Positions 37,955 to 50,700 of a stretch of 64,000 nucleotides of DNA are shown piece by piece. Below the pieces are notes generated by a model that saw nothing but the letters and a program-made list of their open reading frames with translations, searched no databases and had not been told where the DNA came from. The position numbers and the translations under genes are program-made. This stretch comes from Magallana gigas (Eukaryota), in assembly GCF_963853765.1 (NCBI RefSeq), contig NC_088857.1:3100001-3164000 (forward strand). The letters are read 5' to 3'. Numbering within the stretch: the first letter of the stretch is position 1; each line of letters starts with the position of its first letter.

Positions 37955-39714
37955 CAATGAAAACTTTTATGGCTAGCAATAAATTTTGCTCTTGCTTTTT
38001 TAGCTATTGACGTTTTTTCTATTAATTTCATTGCCCTATTCTATTTAACCTCAAAGTAAATTTCATTAGATGTCATTATGTTTTATCTTTAATTGTATTG
38101 ATCTAAATTAAAAAAAAATACGACAACGGACAATCATTTGTGACGTCATAATAGAAGGAGAAAATAAAATACGAAATACCATTATTATACCATTATTCCC
38201 TCTAAAAATAACGCAACAAAATTATCACGTCCCCACACAGAGTATCCACAATCACCAAGTATTCCAAAGCATGATAAATATATGATATTCACACAGACCT
38301 TTTCTGATACTTCTGCATTTCGTTGCAAAGCGTGCACCAACAAATTCCTCACTATACAAAGTGCAAATTACAAAAAGTGTACGGTTATAAATTCCGTTCA
38401 ATTTGTGATTCCATTAAATTTGACTACCTCCACCTATCGCTGCTACCTATTGTTACCTTTTAAGATGGTAATTTGCAACGTCTGGCGAAGATCCGTTTTG
38501 AGACATTTTAAAATTTCTGTTTTATCTTTTCGATCATTCAAAAACTTTTATGATTCAAGAAACTTCTTTTAATCTACAAACTGAAATAAATACAAATCAA
38601 AGATAGAGTTCCCGATAACAGTGAATTTTAGAATGCTTGGCCGTATACATATCCCAAAGCTATTGAGTCAAAGAGAATTTGAAACCGCTGGGAGCTGTCA
38701 AAATAATAGCACCGGCAAATGGTAAACTCCTAGAACAATGCGAAGATGGGTTGAGATATACCTATATTCACCTGTATATAACTAGATATACCTTAACTTA
38801 TATACCTAGATATACTTGTACAAGATACAATGTAGGTCTGTAGATACCTGGGTTTGGTCCTGCCGTAGTAGGAGAACATGATGCCCCCAAACTGTCCACT
38901 CATCCTGACTGACCAGTTAACAAAGTTACTACAATCAGTTTAATTCACGGCTTCTTATCCTTTATTGGTCCTTTATAACTGCCCTATACACAGTTGAATA
39001 GCCGTATTTTCACCACTTAGCTACCGCTGTGTTTATGATTGTCCTATATTAGCTCTCCACAATGCCATAACTTTCGGATTTTATTGACATTAGATGACAC
39101 GGAATGTGACCACGCAATTTGTACCCAGTCCAAAAAGTACGGATGAGGGAAAACATTTAATCTGGTTTCTGGGTCTATTTTGCGGATATATTTCTTATTT
39201 AATCGTTCCTTTAAGGTTTTTCTAAATATCCTCAAGTTCAAATCATTTGACACTGCATGCATTTCAGCTTAATGAATAACCCTCGTCGAATCTTACATGG
39301 ATCTATTCCATAAACTGGTCCTACACACTTCCCTTGATCGAAATACAAGATCGAAACTGTTACAAACTCTTTAATCTGAAGCACTTTCCGATTGAGAATT
39401 GATACGAAATAAAGCAAAGATTACAAAAACTAGATCAAGATTCACTGGGTTCATTTAGTGACATCGCGATTTCCCCTGACACCTGCCGGGACAGGTATAG
39501 GCAGATCGATACAGGTAGATCAAGTGTGTGAAACTGTTTGCACTGATTTTTAAATGATCGATTGTTCTCTGTAGTAAACAAGACGAGGATACCCTGAGGT
39601 AACACACAGAAGTTTTCTTGATGGAAGGTTGTCGTCAAACTATATTATATGATATGCATTGTCTTATATCGTTTTTTAAAATGATTAATGTGATGTTTAA
39701 AGTTCAAATTATTT

Positions 39715-39717
<3 letters not shown>

Positions 39718-39785
<68 letters not shown>
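39718..39785. repeat. (GA)n microsatellite, ~33 units
   Basis: Read directly. Confidence 0.97.
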
Positions 39786-39787
<2 letters not shown>

Positions 39788-42700
39788 GCATACAGTACAT
39801 GTATTACCAAACTACAGTCACTTAGTATTAGTGATAGCAAAATACCTTTTCTTGTGTGGGAGAGGCATCATAACCAAAATATTATATTCATGTACTTAGG
39901 GATTTACACAATGACATTGTCCCATCCCCTTATACGAATGAGGTCTGGCTGAGCATTGTGCTACCCTTAAGTATAACCAATAGAACCCTACAATAGACCC
40001 TCCCCGGAAAGGAAACCACCCAAACATGATCTTGTACTGTATACAGAGACCCGCGACCTCCCCTCCTAATTGTTGGGACCTTACTCACTGCAAACAACTC
40101 TATTTATTTCCTGTCCATTTCTTACGTTGTAGATTGTAAACAAACCTGTCAAACACGATGGCCACTGAACAGTTGACGTCGATCTGTTGATCAGAGGACG
40201 ACCTGTTGTGTAAAGTGAGGATTCCGTGACGTGCAATGACCCCCTCCCCCCCCCCCCCCCATTCCCACCCCCACCCCGAGCTTAAAAAAAATGTGCCCCT
40301 TCCCCAACTGTTTACCTCTGACACACCGATCCTACTGTCCTGATCCTACACAAACGACGGATTTGATTGATACGTATTTACATGAACATTCTAAAATCCT
40401 TTTAATTAATAGACCGAACCCATTGCACGCCGTATAATGCAGTGTATATTCAATACTACGAGTACCCACTATAGACAATGGTTTAATTCTTAGCTTAATT
40501 AATATTGTTTGCTGTTTTGCTGTTTTCTTCAAAATATTATTATTAATTAACACAAAATTCATAGAATTCAACACTCATTCATAAAATGCATAGAATTCAT
40601 AAAATTAACACTCATTCATAAAGTTACAATTAAGTGGCGGAACAAAATCCTGTCCGTCTTTGTAATCCATCGGTCGTTGCACTATACCCTCTTTATATTT
40701 TTAGACTTGCCCACAATTAACTAATTTGTCATTCAAATCATAATTTAGATAATGGAAATTTAAAAAAAAGTGTTGTGAATTTATCGATTGACTGGCTGTC
40801 GATTTAAGTCGTGACACCTCTGGTGATCCTAACAATAACTTTATACTGGAATCTCGCAGTGAAGAGAAATTGTTAAATGCCTGTCACCAACGGTGAGAAT
40901 TAATATCGGTCCGCTAAACGCAAACAGGGACGTTCACACCAATCCAATTAAGGGAAGTTAATTGTTTTGCACAAAGGGGTATTAAACATGCACATGCGTG
41001 CTAATTCTTTGAACAATCGTGTTAAATACTTATATGTGAAGTAAGTTTAAATTCACATATCTTTATTAATTTCTATAACCCGATTCAAAAGTTTGTTCAA
41101 ACGTTTTCAACAAAACCACTTTGCCTCTCGTGGCCTCTCTAGATTTACAACAGCTACTTAATATCAAAGAAAATTTGTAATCTTTCGTAGCCTCTCTAGA
41201 TTTACCTTGACTACCATGGTATCGTATTATTCTCATGCACCACTCGCGGAATATTCTAGGATACTTTATAGAACTCGTTGACCTAACACAACCCCCTCTC
41301 ATCCAACTCTCTATCAAACCACTATTATTAGACATGCTTCTAAAAAAGATAGTCTGCCCCTAATCAGTTGATGAATGGCCTATACTATCGATCGGAGGAG
41401 GTGAAACGTTAGGTATGTAGGTATTCAGCGGATTGATTTATTTCAAGAACGCCTTTTTAACGTCGAACATTTCTAACTTGCTTGGAAGGTTAACATCGAT
41501 TTCTCCCAGTGCGAAGGAACAGCTACCCACCAAAAACATCTTGATGCAACTTAAGTTAGTTTGCAGAAAAATTGTTCATAGAGATCCTGTACTGACCATG
41601 CAATTTATCTATCTAATATTACAAAACGATGAATTCTTTCCCCATTAATGATTGCACGGGATAGAGGGCTGGTGATGATTTTATTTCTGTGCAGTGCCAA
41701 TCTTTTATATATAAAAAAGATCACCCTTCGTTGGCTTTATCGATCTTTCACACATTACTGTCGCATTCATTAAAATTTAAATCAATCAACTGATGGTATA
41801 TCTTATTTCAGAGACCTGAAAGATAGGCTTATTGAAATTACGTGAAATTATATAGGCACATCACAGAATTAAACGCTTAAAATCCATGCACCCTAACGAC
41901 CAACATTAAAAACTTTATGACAAATACCAACAACAAGAAGGGTCACACGAGAACTTACTAAATATTTTGATTAAAAAAGGGTCATTTATTCATTACAATA
42001 TCTTTTATTTCCTTTTTCATTTAAGGGAAAGATTGGAAAACAATCACAAACCACCAACACACAGAATATTCTTTTCAATCAATACTGTACGTGTACAATA
42101 ATTTCAATCACTAAAAAGGAACTAAAGAAAAAATAAAATGATACTGAATCCTGACAAACTCGCTTGAAATGTTATTTTCCATTATATTTCAGTAACAAAC
42201 ATCCAAAAACTTGGTTTAGAGGCCAATTGATAAACTCACAATATAAACAAAAAACTGTTCTCACCTTTTTCTGGTTGCCAGCATATAACTTCCGACTCCG
42301 GAAGACATTGTGAATGGTTTTTGTAATAAACAATCCAAAAAAGGAATTAAATATAAAACGGACTGGATCCTTGCTATCCCAACTGTTTCAATATCGCCTT
42401 TGTTTTGGTTGTTTTTTGTGTCCACTACATAATGAAGTGTTCCACACTCGGCTAAATGGGCCCAGTCTTGTAGAGGGCTTACCACAGAACACTGTGCTAA
42501 AGCGGGCCCCTTTAATCCTCCTGCTATGTATATTAACAACCGTCAGGGCTTAACGGACAGCGAGGTATTGATTAAATATCAGCTTTCAACATGTTTGATA
42601 AAGGCTATTGAATATAGGAAATATTAACAGTGGCGCTTTGTTTGATGGCTGTAATGGTTCATTCTACTGGCTGCTCCGCCATTGTGTCTTGTCACTTAGA

Positions 42701-42867
42701 TCAAATTACGTCTTGATAAAGTCAAATTGACAAACACACAACGACAGACAAAATGTTTATAAAACATATTTATTGTAGCCAAGTCTTATATCATTACATT
42801 GATTCAGCTGAAGTTCTTAGCCTTGTGTCAATTTCTGACCGAGATTTGAATTTTAAATCTCCTTTAA

Positions 42868-43312
42868 CAATGTCAGTTCAATTATTACAATACAATGTAA
42901 GTTCAATTATTACAATACAATGTAAGTTCAGTCATTACAACACAATGTAAGTTCAGTCATTACAACACAATGCAAGTTCAGTCATTACAACACAATGCAA
43001 GTTCAGTCATTGCAATACAATGTAAGTTCAGTCATTGCAATACAATGTAAGTTCAATCATTACAACACAATGCAAGTTCAGTCATTACAACACAATGCAA
43101 GTTCAGTCATTACAACACAATGCAAGTTCAGTCATTGCAATACAATGTAAGTTCAATCATTACAACACAATGTAAGTTCAATCATTACAATACAATGTAA
43201 GTTCAATCATTACAATACAATGTAAGTTCAATCATTACAACACAATGTAAGTTCAATCATTACAATACAATATAAATTCAATTATTGCAATACAATGTAA
43301 CTTCAATCATTG
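42868..43312. repeat. 25-bp minisatellite (aatgtaagttcagtcattacaacac), ~18 copies
   Basis: aatgtaa at 42894, 42919, 42944 and onward with a 25-bp period; minor variants. Confidence 0.93.
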
Positions 43313-43879
43313 AAATATATTTTACTGATCTACTAATCTCACATTATCTTTTTTTAAGTCTAATTTTTTTCAATCTAATGTAAATAATTTTATGCAACAT
43401 CTACCAATAACTCTCCCCCAAACGACCGTCTTAATAATCCCTTGATGTCTTGAGTTTACACCACTGCCCACTGTTACCTACAAGTATTGTTAACAATTTC
43501 AGTTACTTATTCATTTATCCTGATTAAGGTGACTTCATCTTCAGCCCAATCATCTAAACATCGCTGATAAACCGTGCTTCATTACGAACTGTTTTATCAA
43601 CCAAAATAACGAGGGTACAAATACTGTGCATGTATTCAATTTTAGTAACTTAATTTATGACCGTTACGGTGACTTCATCCCACTATACACATATCGCTGC
43701 TGATAAATGATCTTTTTTTACGGACTTCTTTATTTATTTGGATATAACTTAGATGGTTATTGAATTCATATCTGTTACAAATCAATCGTTTTGTTATTTG
43801 AGAAAAATGGCCTTTATCACATCTCTGTTGGCTTTATGTTTAGACCGTGAGAATTATATTGTCAAAAGGCCAGTAAAAA

Positions 43880-44741
43880 AAAAAGTATGAATCGATCTTT
43901 TTATTGTTTCAATTACTTTTTCTTTAGATCAATGATCACTGTTACATTTTACTTTCTCTTTAGAACAATTATCATGGATTGGTTACGTAATCATATCGCT
44001 CTTACGTTATCTATTTGAGTAAAAATTACTTTCATTTTAGACCAATGATCACCGTTCCATAATCATCGCTCTTTCATTATCTTTTGCGGTTACATTTTAT
44101 TTCTCTTTGGTCCAGTAATCTGACACCGCTTCACAACTCTGCTCTTTAATTGGATACATCTATTACAATAACAATTTACTTTCTCTTTGGGCCGGTACAT
44201 AAACATATCTCTCTATTATCTATTGAATATACATTAACTTTCTCTTTAGATCAATTATCATCGTAACATGATCATCGCTGTTTCATTATATATTGATGTT
44301 ATAATTACTTTTCCTTTGGACCAATGATCGCCGTTACATAAACATCGTTCTCTATTATCTAATGCAGTCATAATTACTTTCTCTTTGGATCAAAAATCAT
44401 TGTTACATAATCATCGCTCTCTATTATCTAATGCAGTCATAATTTCTTTCTCTCCAGACTTATAATCATGGGTACATAATCATCGCTCTCTATTATCTAA
44501 ATTAATACAGTTATAAATACTTTCTCTTTAGATCAATAATCATTGTTACATAATTATGATCATCATGATCTGTATTATCTTTTGCAATTATAATTACTTT
44601 CTCTTTAGACCAAAAATCATGATTACATAATCATCGCTCTATCATTCATTCATCATTTATTTCCCTCCGTAGAGGATCATGATGAGCAAATCATTACATA
44701 TCAAATTATTATTACAAACAAAACATCACTATATAAATAAG

Positions 44742-44788
<47 letters not shown>

Positions 44789-45620
44789 ATATCCGAACAT
44801 ATATACAAAAGAGCATGGGCATGCCAGTAAATAAATCATATTGTCACATACATTGAAATGATAATGCCCTACTGTATAAGGCTACAGTGTTTTTTAGGAG
44901 CCTGTAATTCAACAGGCGAAAAGATGCTGATGCTGAGCTTTCTAGCGGTGTATCAGTTCGTCGCCCCAAAAGAATAACGAGGAAGTCGTCATCGGCAAGG
45001 CAACACAGTTCTTTATCAGTTATAATTTCTTTCTCTTTAGACCAATAATCATGGTTACATAATCATCGCTCTCTATTATCTAATGCAGTTTTAATTACTT
45101 TCTCTTCAGACTTATAATCATGGGTACATAATCATCGCTCCAACAATATTTTTAGCAGTTATAATTACTTTCTCTTTAGACTTATAATCATGGTTACATA
45201 ATCATCGCTCTCTATTACCTAATACAGTTATAATTACTTTCTCTTTAGATCAACAATCATGGTTACATAATCATCGCTCTACCAATATCTTTATCAGTTA
45301 TAATTACTTTCTCTTCAGGTTAATAATCATGGTTACATAATCATCGCTCTCTATTATCTAATACAGTTATGATTACTCTCTCTTTAGATCAAAAAACATT
45401 CTTACATAATCATCGCTCTAACATTAAATATTGCAGTTACAACTGCTTCACACCAATGATCATTGTTTAGTAATCATTGCTTTTACTTTATCTATTTGAT
45501 TAACTATTACATCTGTACTTTCACTTTGGACCAATGATCACCGATATATATATAATCATCGTTTCTTCATTATCAATTGCAGTTATAATTACTTTATCTT
45601 TAAACTAATTCTTATTGCTA
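43880..45620. repeat. Old ~70-bp tandem array, interrupted at ~44640-45010
   Basis: Unit ataattactttctctttagaccaataatcatggttacataatcatcgctctctattatctaatgcagtt. aatcatcgct at 45061, 45130, 45200, 45269 and 45339. Copies diverge toward the edges. Confidence 0.85.
44733..44790. repeat. (TAAA)n microsatellite
   Basis: Read directly. Confidence 0.95.
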
Positions 45621-46284
45621 CATAAACATTACTTTTTCGTTGTCTATTACATTATTTGTATCATACTACATTTTCCTTTTTATGTTTGTTTCTTACACAT
45701 GGCTGGTAAATAATGAGCTGCGGTTGCATTTACTTTGTCTTTATAACAATAATCAACGTTATTTTTACATCATTTCAAGTCTCCTTAGATCTATTAAACG
45801 AAAAAGACAACGTGTTTTGCTATATCACACATTTCCTGAATAATAAGTCGAAAACAATTATCCTATATTGAATATGTATACAAATCTAAGGTTATTCAGC
45901 GCAGTATTAAATTTTTTATCTTCATCAAAATAAATACATGTACAGTAATTTTATTCACCCCTTTCATCCCCATCTTTTTCTCAGTTCATTAAATCAATCA
46001 AAGTACAAAGAGTAATAAAATCTTACCTTCACTGGTCACTCATCGATTTGACTAGTCTCAAAAGAGCCATAAACAACCCGATCTGAGGAAATTGTTTCAT
46101 ATTTATTACAAACCTCAAGCACTGGTAGCGGAGAAGTTTAATTATTCATATTTATATAGGTAACGAGACATGCGAAATGAAACTCCTTATACACAGCTTT
46201 TCCCTTACCTGGCTTAGATGACAAAGCGTAAGCCAGCGACTCATGATTTACATCGGCTTCGGCTCGAACACTCAACCTTCGACA

Positions 46285-47652
46285 ATGCTTTGTTTATGTG
46301 TAGCGCTAATGTGCTGGACGTTGGCAATAGTATCTGGCTCCAGTTACACCTCTATGGCGGATGTGGTGAACCTTCACAAAGTTCTCAAGAACCGGAGTAA
46401 GTACGACCGCCATATTGTGCCTCTGAAAAACCAAGACCAGACGCTGGACGTCGACATTTTTGTGTTGCTGTCCGCCATTGACATCGAGTTTATCGAGGTC
46501 GAGAAAAAGGTCAAGGTTCTCATGGACGTAAAGACCTCGTGGACGGACGAGAATCTGTACTGGGACCCATCACAGTACGGTGACCTCCAACACCTGCACG
46601 TGCAGGGCGACTGGGTGTGGCGCCCCGAGGTGCTGATCAGAATCCCACAGAAAGGAACCACGACGCAACAAATCATGGAGGGGGAGAGCAAAGAGCTGGA
46701 AATGGTACTTGATCATACCGGAAAGGTGTTTCGCCACACAACGTTAAGTCTGTCCCTTTTCTGCTCTATTGATACTACCGATTTCCCTTTTGATGAACAA
46801 TACTTCATGTTCATTTTAGCCATGTCTGTCGGAGATAATGTCAGGTACTCAGAAATTTCATCGTGTCTAAATACAGAATTCGATAATGGCAACCCGAGGT
46901 GGAGCAATCTCAGAGTGGCCCACGAGCTAATTAAGTTCGACAACTTCACCGACTTAATGTGCACCGTCAGCATGAAACGGAAGCCGCTATTCTACGTCAT
47001 CAACATCATACTTCCGGTGGTATTTCTGGGATACCTGGAGGTGCTTGTGTTTGTGATTCCCGCCGACGCCGGGGAGAAGTTGTCTTACGCCGTGGCCCTA
47101 CTCTTGTCTTACAGCGTGTTCGTCAGTTTCGTCGCGGACAATATTCCGGAAGATTCCGACAACGTCTCCGACCTGATCTACTACATAATCTTCCAGTTTT
47201 TCATTGGAGCATTCGCCATATTCTGTACCACACTTCAGCTACGGCTGTACCATCGTGACGATGAGAAAGACATCCCCTACCTGTATCGATGCACTGTTAA
47301 GTTCGTCAACATTCTTTTGCGTAAAAGAAATAAAGTGGAGAGTTGTCCTAAGGAGGGAGAAAACAAAAGTAAGCAGTCAGAAAACCACCCATATGTTCCA
47401 CCGAAGGAAGTTACAGCAAAATACAAGAAGACGACGCGCGTGATGAGACGAATGAAAACAAAGAGCGATCTCCATGGGCAGACGTCGGCGTCGTCGTCCA
47501 TTCCATCGGCGTCATCAGACGTGGGGGCCAGGAAGATGACGTGGCACAACGTGTCGTCCGCCATTGATTTCATTCTGTTCTGGATATTCCTAATAACCCA
47601 GATTGTTCTCAATATGTGGTTCTTCTACCCTGCTTACAAAGCCGATAGATGA
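46285..47652 (+). CDS. Intronless pentameric ligand-gated ion channel subunit, nAChR-like (cation-type), divergent
   Basis: Single ORF (in-frame ATG at 46243; signal peptide from ATG 46285, MLCLCVALMCWTLAIVSG). Motifs SWTDENLYWDP, VWRPE, Cys-loop CSIDTTDFPFDEQYF, M1 LFYVINIILP, GEK before M2, M3 and M4 WHNVSSAIDFILFWIF. Confidence 0.93.
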   Translation: MLCLCVALMCWTLAIVSGSSYTSMADVVNLHKVLKNRSKYDRHIVPLKNQDQTLDVDIFVLLSAIDIEFIEVEKKVKVLMDVKTSWTDENLYWDPSQYGDLQHLHVQGDWVWRPEVLIRIPQKGTTTQQIMEGESKELEMVLDHTGKVFRHTTLSLSLFCSIDTTDFPFDEQYFMFILAMSVGDNVRYSEISSCLNTEFDNGNPRWSNLRVAHELIKFDNFTDLMCTVSMKRKPLFYVINIILPVVFLGYLEVLVFVIPADAGEKLSYAVALLLSYSVFVSFVADNIPEDSDNVSDLIYYIIFQFFIGAFAIFCTTLQLRLYHRDDEKDIPYLYRCTVKFVNILLRKRNKVESCPKEGENKSKQSENHPYVPPKEVTAKYKKTTRVMRRMKTKSDLHGQTSASSSIPSASSDVGARKMTWHNVSSAIDFILFWIFLITQIVLNMWFFYPAYKADR

Positions 47653-47778
47653 CTAAAAATTGACACAATACTCAGTCTTTATTCTAATGTTTACACTTTA
47701 ACATACATGTACTTTTGTATTTGTTTCTCAAAGTAAAAAAAATGTGTATCATTTTATTGATATACCCAAGCTATGGCA

Positions 47779-47900
47779 TCTTCTCTCTCTGAGGGTTTTC
47801 TGTTTACTTCACTCCCCATAAAACCCATGGGTTTTTGGGGCCATAAACTCATGGGTTTATGGGGAACGGAGTGGACCGAAAACCCTTGGCTAGCGAAGAC
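47779..47900. mobile_element. ~120-bp imperfect palindromic mini-element
   Basis: Left arm agggttttc...ccccataaaacccatgggttt pairs with right arm ataaactcatgggtttatgggg...gaaaaccctt, ending gctagcgaagac. Imperfect flanking direct repeat aagct(a/g)tgg. Confidence 0.65.
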
Positions 47901-49409
47901 GAAGCTGTGGTACCTGCTATTAGACGAGATATCAAAATATTTTTGCTAAGAGAGGTAATATTTTTGACGTGTAAAAGGTTTATACCGGTAATACATTCTT
48001 AGAATGTTGAATATATTATATAACTTTAGACAAAGTATGAAGATATTTTGGACAGCATGTACGTAGATCATGAAACTTTCCTTCAAAAGAGTGGTAAGAA
48101 AATAGACCAATTAGTTAAAAGACAAAACACAAAATTAAATTAGTTAAAAGATATATAACAAAATAATGCTTAAGATATGGGCTTTAACTAAAAGAAAACA
48201 CCTGGGTGATTAAGAATTGTTATTTATTTCATTAAAATTATTTCAGTTTGTATTGCAGTCAGACTGATGTCTAACTGCAAGTATACTGTCCTTTACAAAA
48301 ATAAATTTTTGTAAAGGACAATACGTGTACGCATTGCAAAGCTGTTTTAATTCTATGTAATTTAAATTGTGGGAACGCTAAACTCTTGATATTCGTCACA
48401 TACTAGTATAAAAGATATAACTTTTAAGATATCTAAACTTTCAAAACTGCGGTAGTTAAAAAAGCACCAATGAACCAGAAACCATGAATAATCAATGTTT
48501 CTGACCATATTGCCGCTTTGAAATAATACTAAGGAATCTGTTTCCTGTCTTGGTTCGTTTACTTATTCTAGCATCTGAAGTTAATGCATCTGTGTTCCTT
48601 TTTTGATTGAATAAAGGAAAAGCTATACACGAGCTACGGTTGCATATTTTAGATTGGGTTTGTTTATGCCATATAAACTGCAAAAAGGTTTTATAAACTC
48701 AACAGAAGATAACACAATCTTCGGAAGCAAGGGTTTAATATGCTTATACTCTTTTTTGCTAGGATGCAATCATACAAAAACAAGCTTATAGCTTATAGAT
48801 TAGGAAGATGGCGCAGTTGGATATAAAAAAAGAAAGGTATACCAAAGAATTCATGTCTTATTACCTTGATCAAATTTTATCTGTTCAGTAAATGCAGGCA
48901 CATACCGCAGTTTTTCAAAGAGGATGCCAATGGGAATGGAAAAGATCATGCTAAAAAATACCTTGAAAAGACTCCTCTCCCCAAAATTAATTAAAAGATT
49001 AACTATAAATTCGCCAAACATATTTAAGTCCTTATTCCTATTATACTAGTAATCAGTTCTGGATACTTCTTTTGGTGCAACGTTTCAGGAAAGGGGACGA
49101 TTGGCTCAATGAAGGTCAAGATATAGTAAATGAAAGAAGCCTATATATTTCTGAATGTTCAAGTGTAAATAATATATAACAAATAAATATGTTTTAAACA
49201 TTTTGGAAAGGTAAAAAATACAAGCGGCCCACAGCCCTTAGGCTAACCCGTCAGAGAGTGTCATTTTTGCATTTGAAATTCATTTTGGAGCCTAAACTCT
49301 AATTCGTAACTCCTCTTACTGTTAAATCCCAGTCTCATTTCCAAAATCAACCGACGGGATTTGGGGTCGGGGGGGGGGGGGGGGGGGGGATGGGATTATT
49401 CGGGCAACA

Positions 49410-50700
49410 AGTGGTAGATCATCAGCCGTTGTCCTATCGCCAATATCGACCTCTTTTTTCGTCGGCCGACCAATTTTGTGTCCGTCGGGCCAAATTATTT
49501 ATTTTCTGCGTCGGTGGCTGATTTCTAGAGTAGAAACAGTCGTTGAATAGTCTATCGAGCATCCATCAATCATCGTCCGACCATCGACAGACAGTTTCTT
49601 CGCGGGGGTGTTAAGGAAGCATATGGAATCTGAGTTACATGTAATTCCGTGAAATCACAAATCTTAGTTATTATGTACATATTCAAATATATAAGCAACG
49701 AAACGTAGACCAAAAACAAATAAAAGATACTGAAGACAATTTTCGCCAGAAATTAGTTTGTATTACGTAGATTTACACATTGATGACGTCATGACTAAAA
49801 GTTGAATGCCGTGTGAATTTGATCGGAAAGCATTGTAAACAAATTCAAAATATAACTAATCTAAGAACTCTAATAAAGTATTGTGGTGTGATTTATTGAG
49901 AATTGAACATAAGAATACTGGGGGAGATGTTAGTTTCATCAATCATTCGCTAAAAGGTATGTAAATTTGCTTTTATTTCTCGGCCAGGCTTTCCTCTGTC
50001 GTTGTTTACGATATAAAAATCCGACTAGAACAACACTACCCCGTGTATATTGAACTTGAAATTTTATACGTATCGTTAGTTTGATCAATGCTTAAATTGA
50101 AAAGTGCTGCTAGAATCCCATGTTGTGTGTTGTTTTAATGCAATTTGCCGTTTTCCGTGCAAACTTTATAAATGTTGGGAAGGTTTTACGAGAACCGGAT
50201 GAATAACTTTTTAATAAGGAAATACATAGGATTCTAGCAGCGGTTTTGATTAAACGGAGATGTTTTGCCTTCACTTGGTATGTTTATTTTATTTTAGAAA
50301 CCGCGGGGTAGTGTTGTTCTATCTCATTTTATGTTAAGGAATATACTTAAGCTATTTATAGTTGTCACGTGATAATGCACCAATGTGGCAGTGATGTACT
50401 ACCCGATTTTATTGCACTGACATCTATTTTAAAGGATAATACTAAGTTTTTGATCTTATTCAAAATAATTATTTAATTTCACGATTTTGAATACAACAGT
50501 CAAAATAAGACGGCAAATTGCCCATATGCTTCCTTAACACCCCCGCGTTATGTCTGTCGTCGGTCGGTCGACATTTAGGCATTTGGAATTTTCTTTAATA
50601 CATGTCGGCCTGCAGACGCCGATTGACGACCGAAAATCGGCCGAGGGTCGACTGTTCTCTTTGGCGATTTTGGAAAATCGGCTGATGGATGATCGGCCAT
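49410..50700. mobile_element. CpG-rich degenerate foldback sequence hosting the TTAA insertion
   Basis: ccgacc..cgacagaca...cgcgggggtg (left) and caccccgcg...tgtctgtcg..ggtcgg (right) are inverted; further cagtcg/cgactg and catcagccg/cggctgatg matches. Boundaries are approximate. Confidence 0.5.
49615..50533. mobile_element. 919-bp non-autonomous DNA transposon with TTAA TSD and GG..CC termini (Kolobok-like)
   Basis: TTAA at 49611-49614 and 50534-50537; 12-bp TIR GGAAGCATATGG. Internal perfect inverted repeats of 18 bp (50026-50043 / 50304-50321) and 13 bp (50106-50118 / 50229-50241). No transposase ORF. Confidence 0.8.

Noticed and set aside
40120-40240. Possible minus-strand non-coding first exon with a gtaag donor
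   Set aside because: It cannot be linked to a gene without transcript data.
42400-42560. tRNA/SINE-like segment (minus-strand tagcacagtg)
   Set aside because: No B-box and no cloverleaf.
46374-47612. Overlapping antisense and alternative-frame ORFs within the channel, RAD21, ABHD, GPCR and DHHC genes
   Set aside because: These are shadow ORFs of GC-richer coding sequence with no independent motifs.
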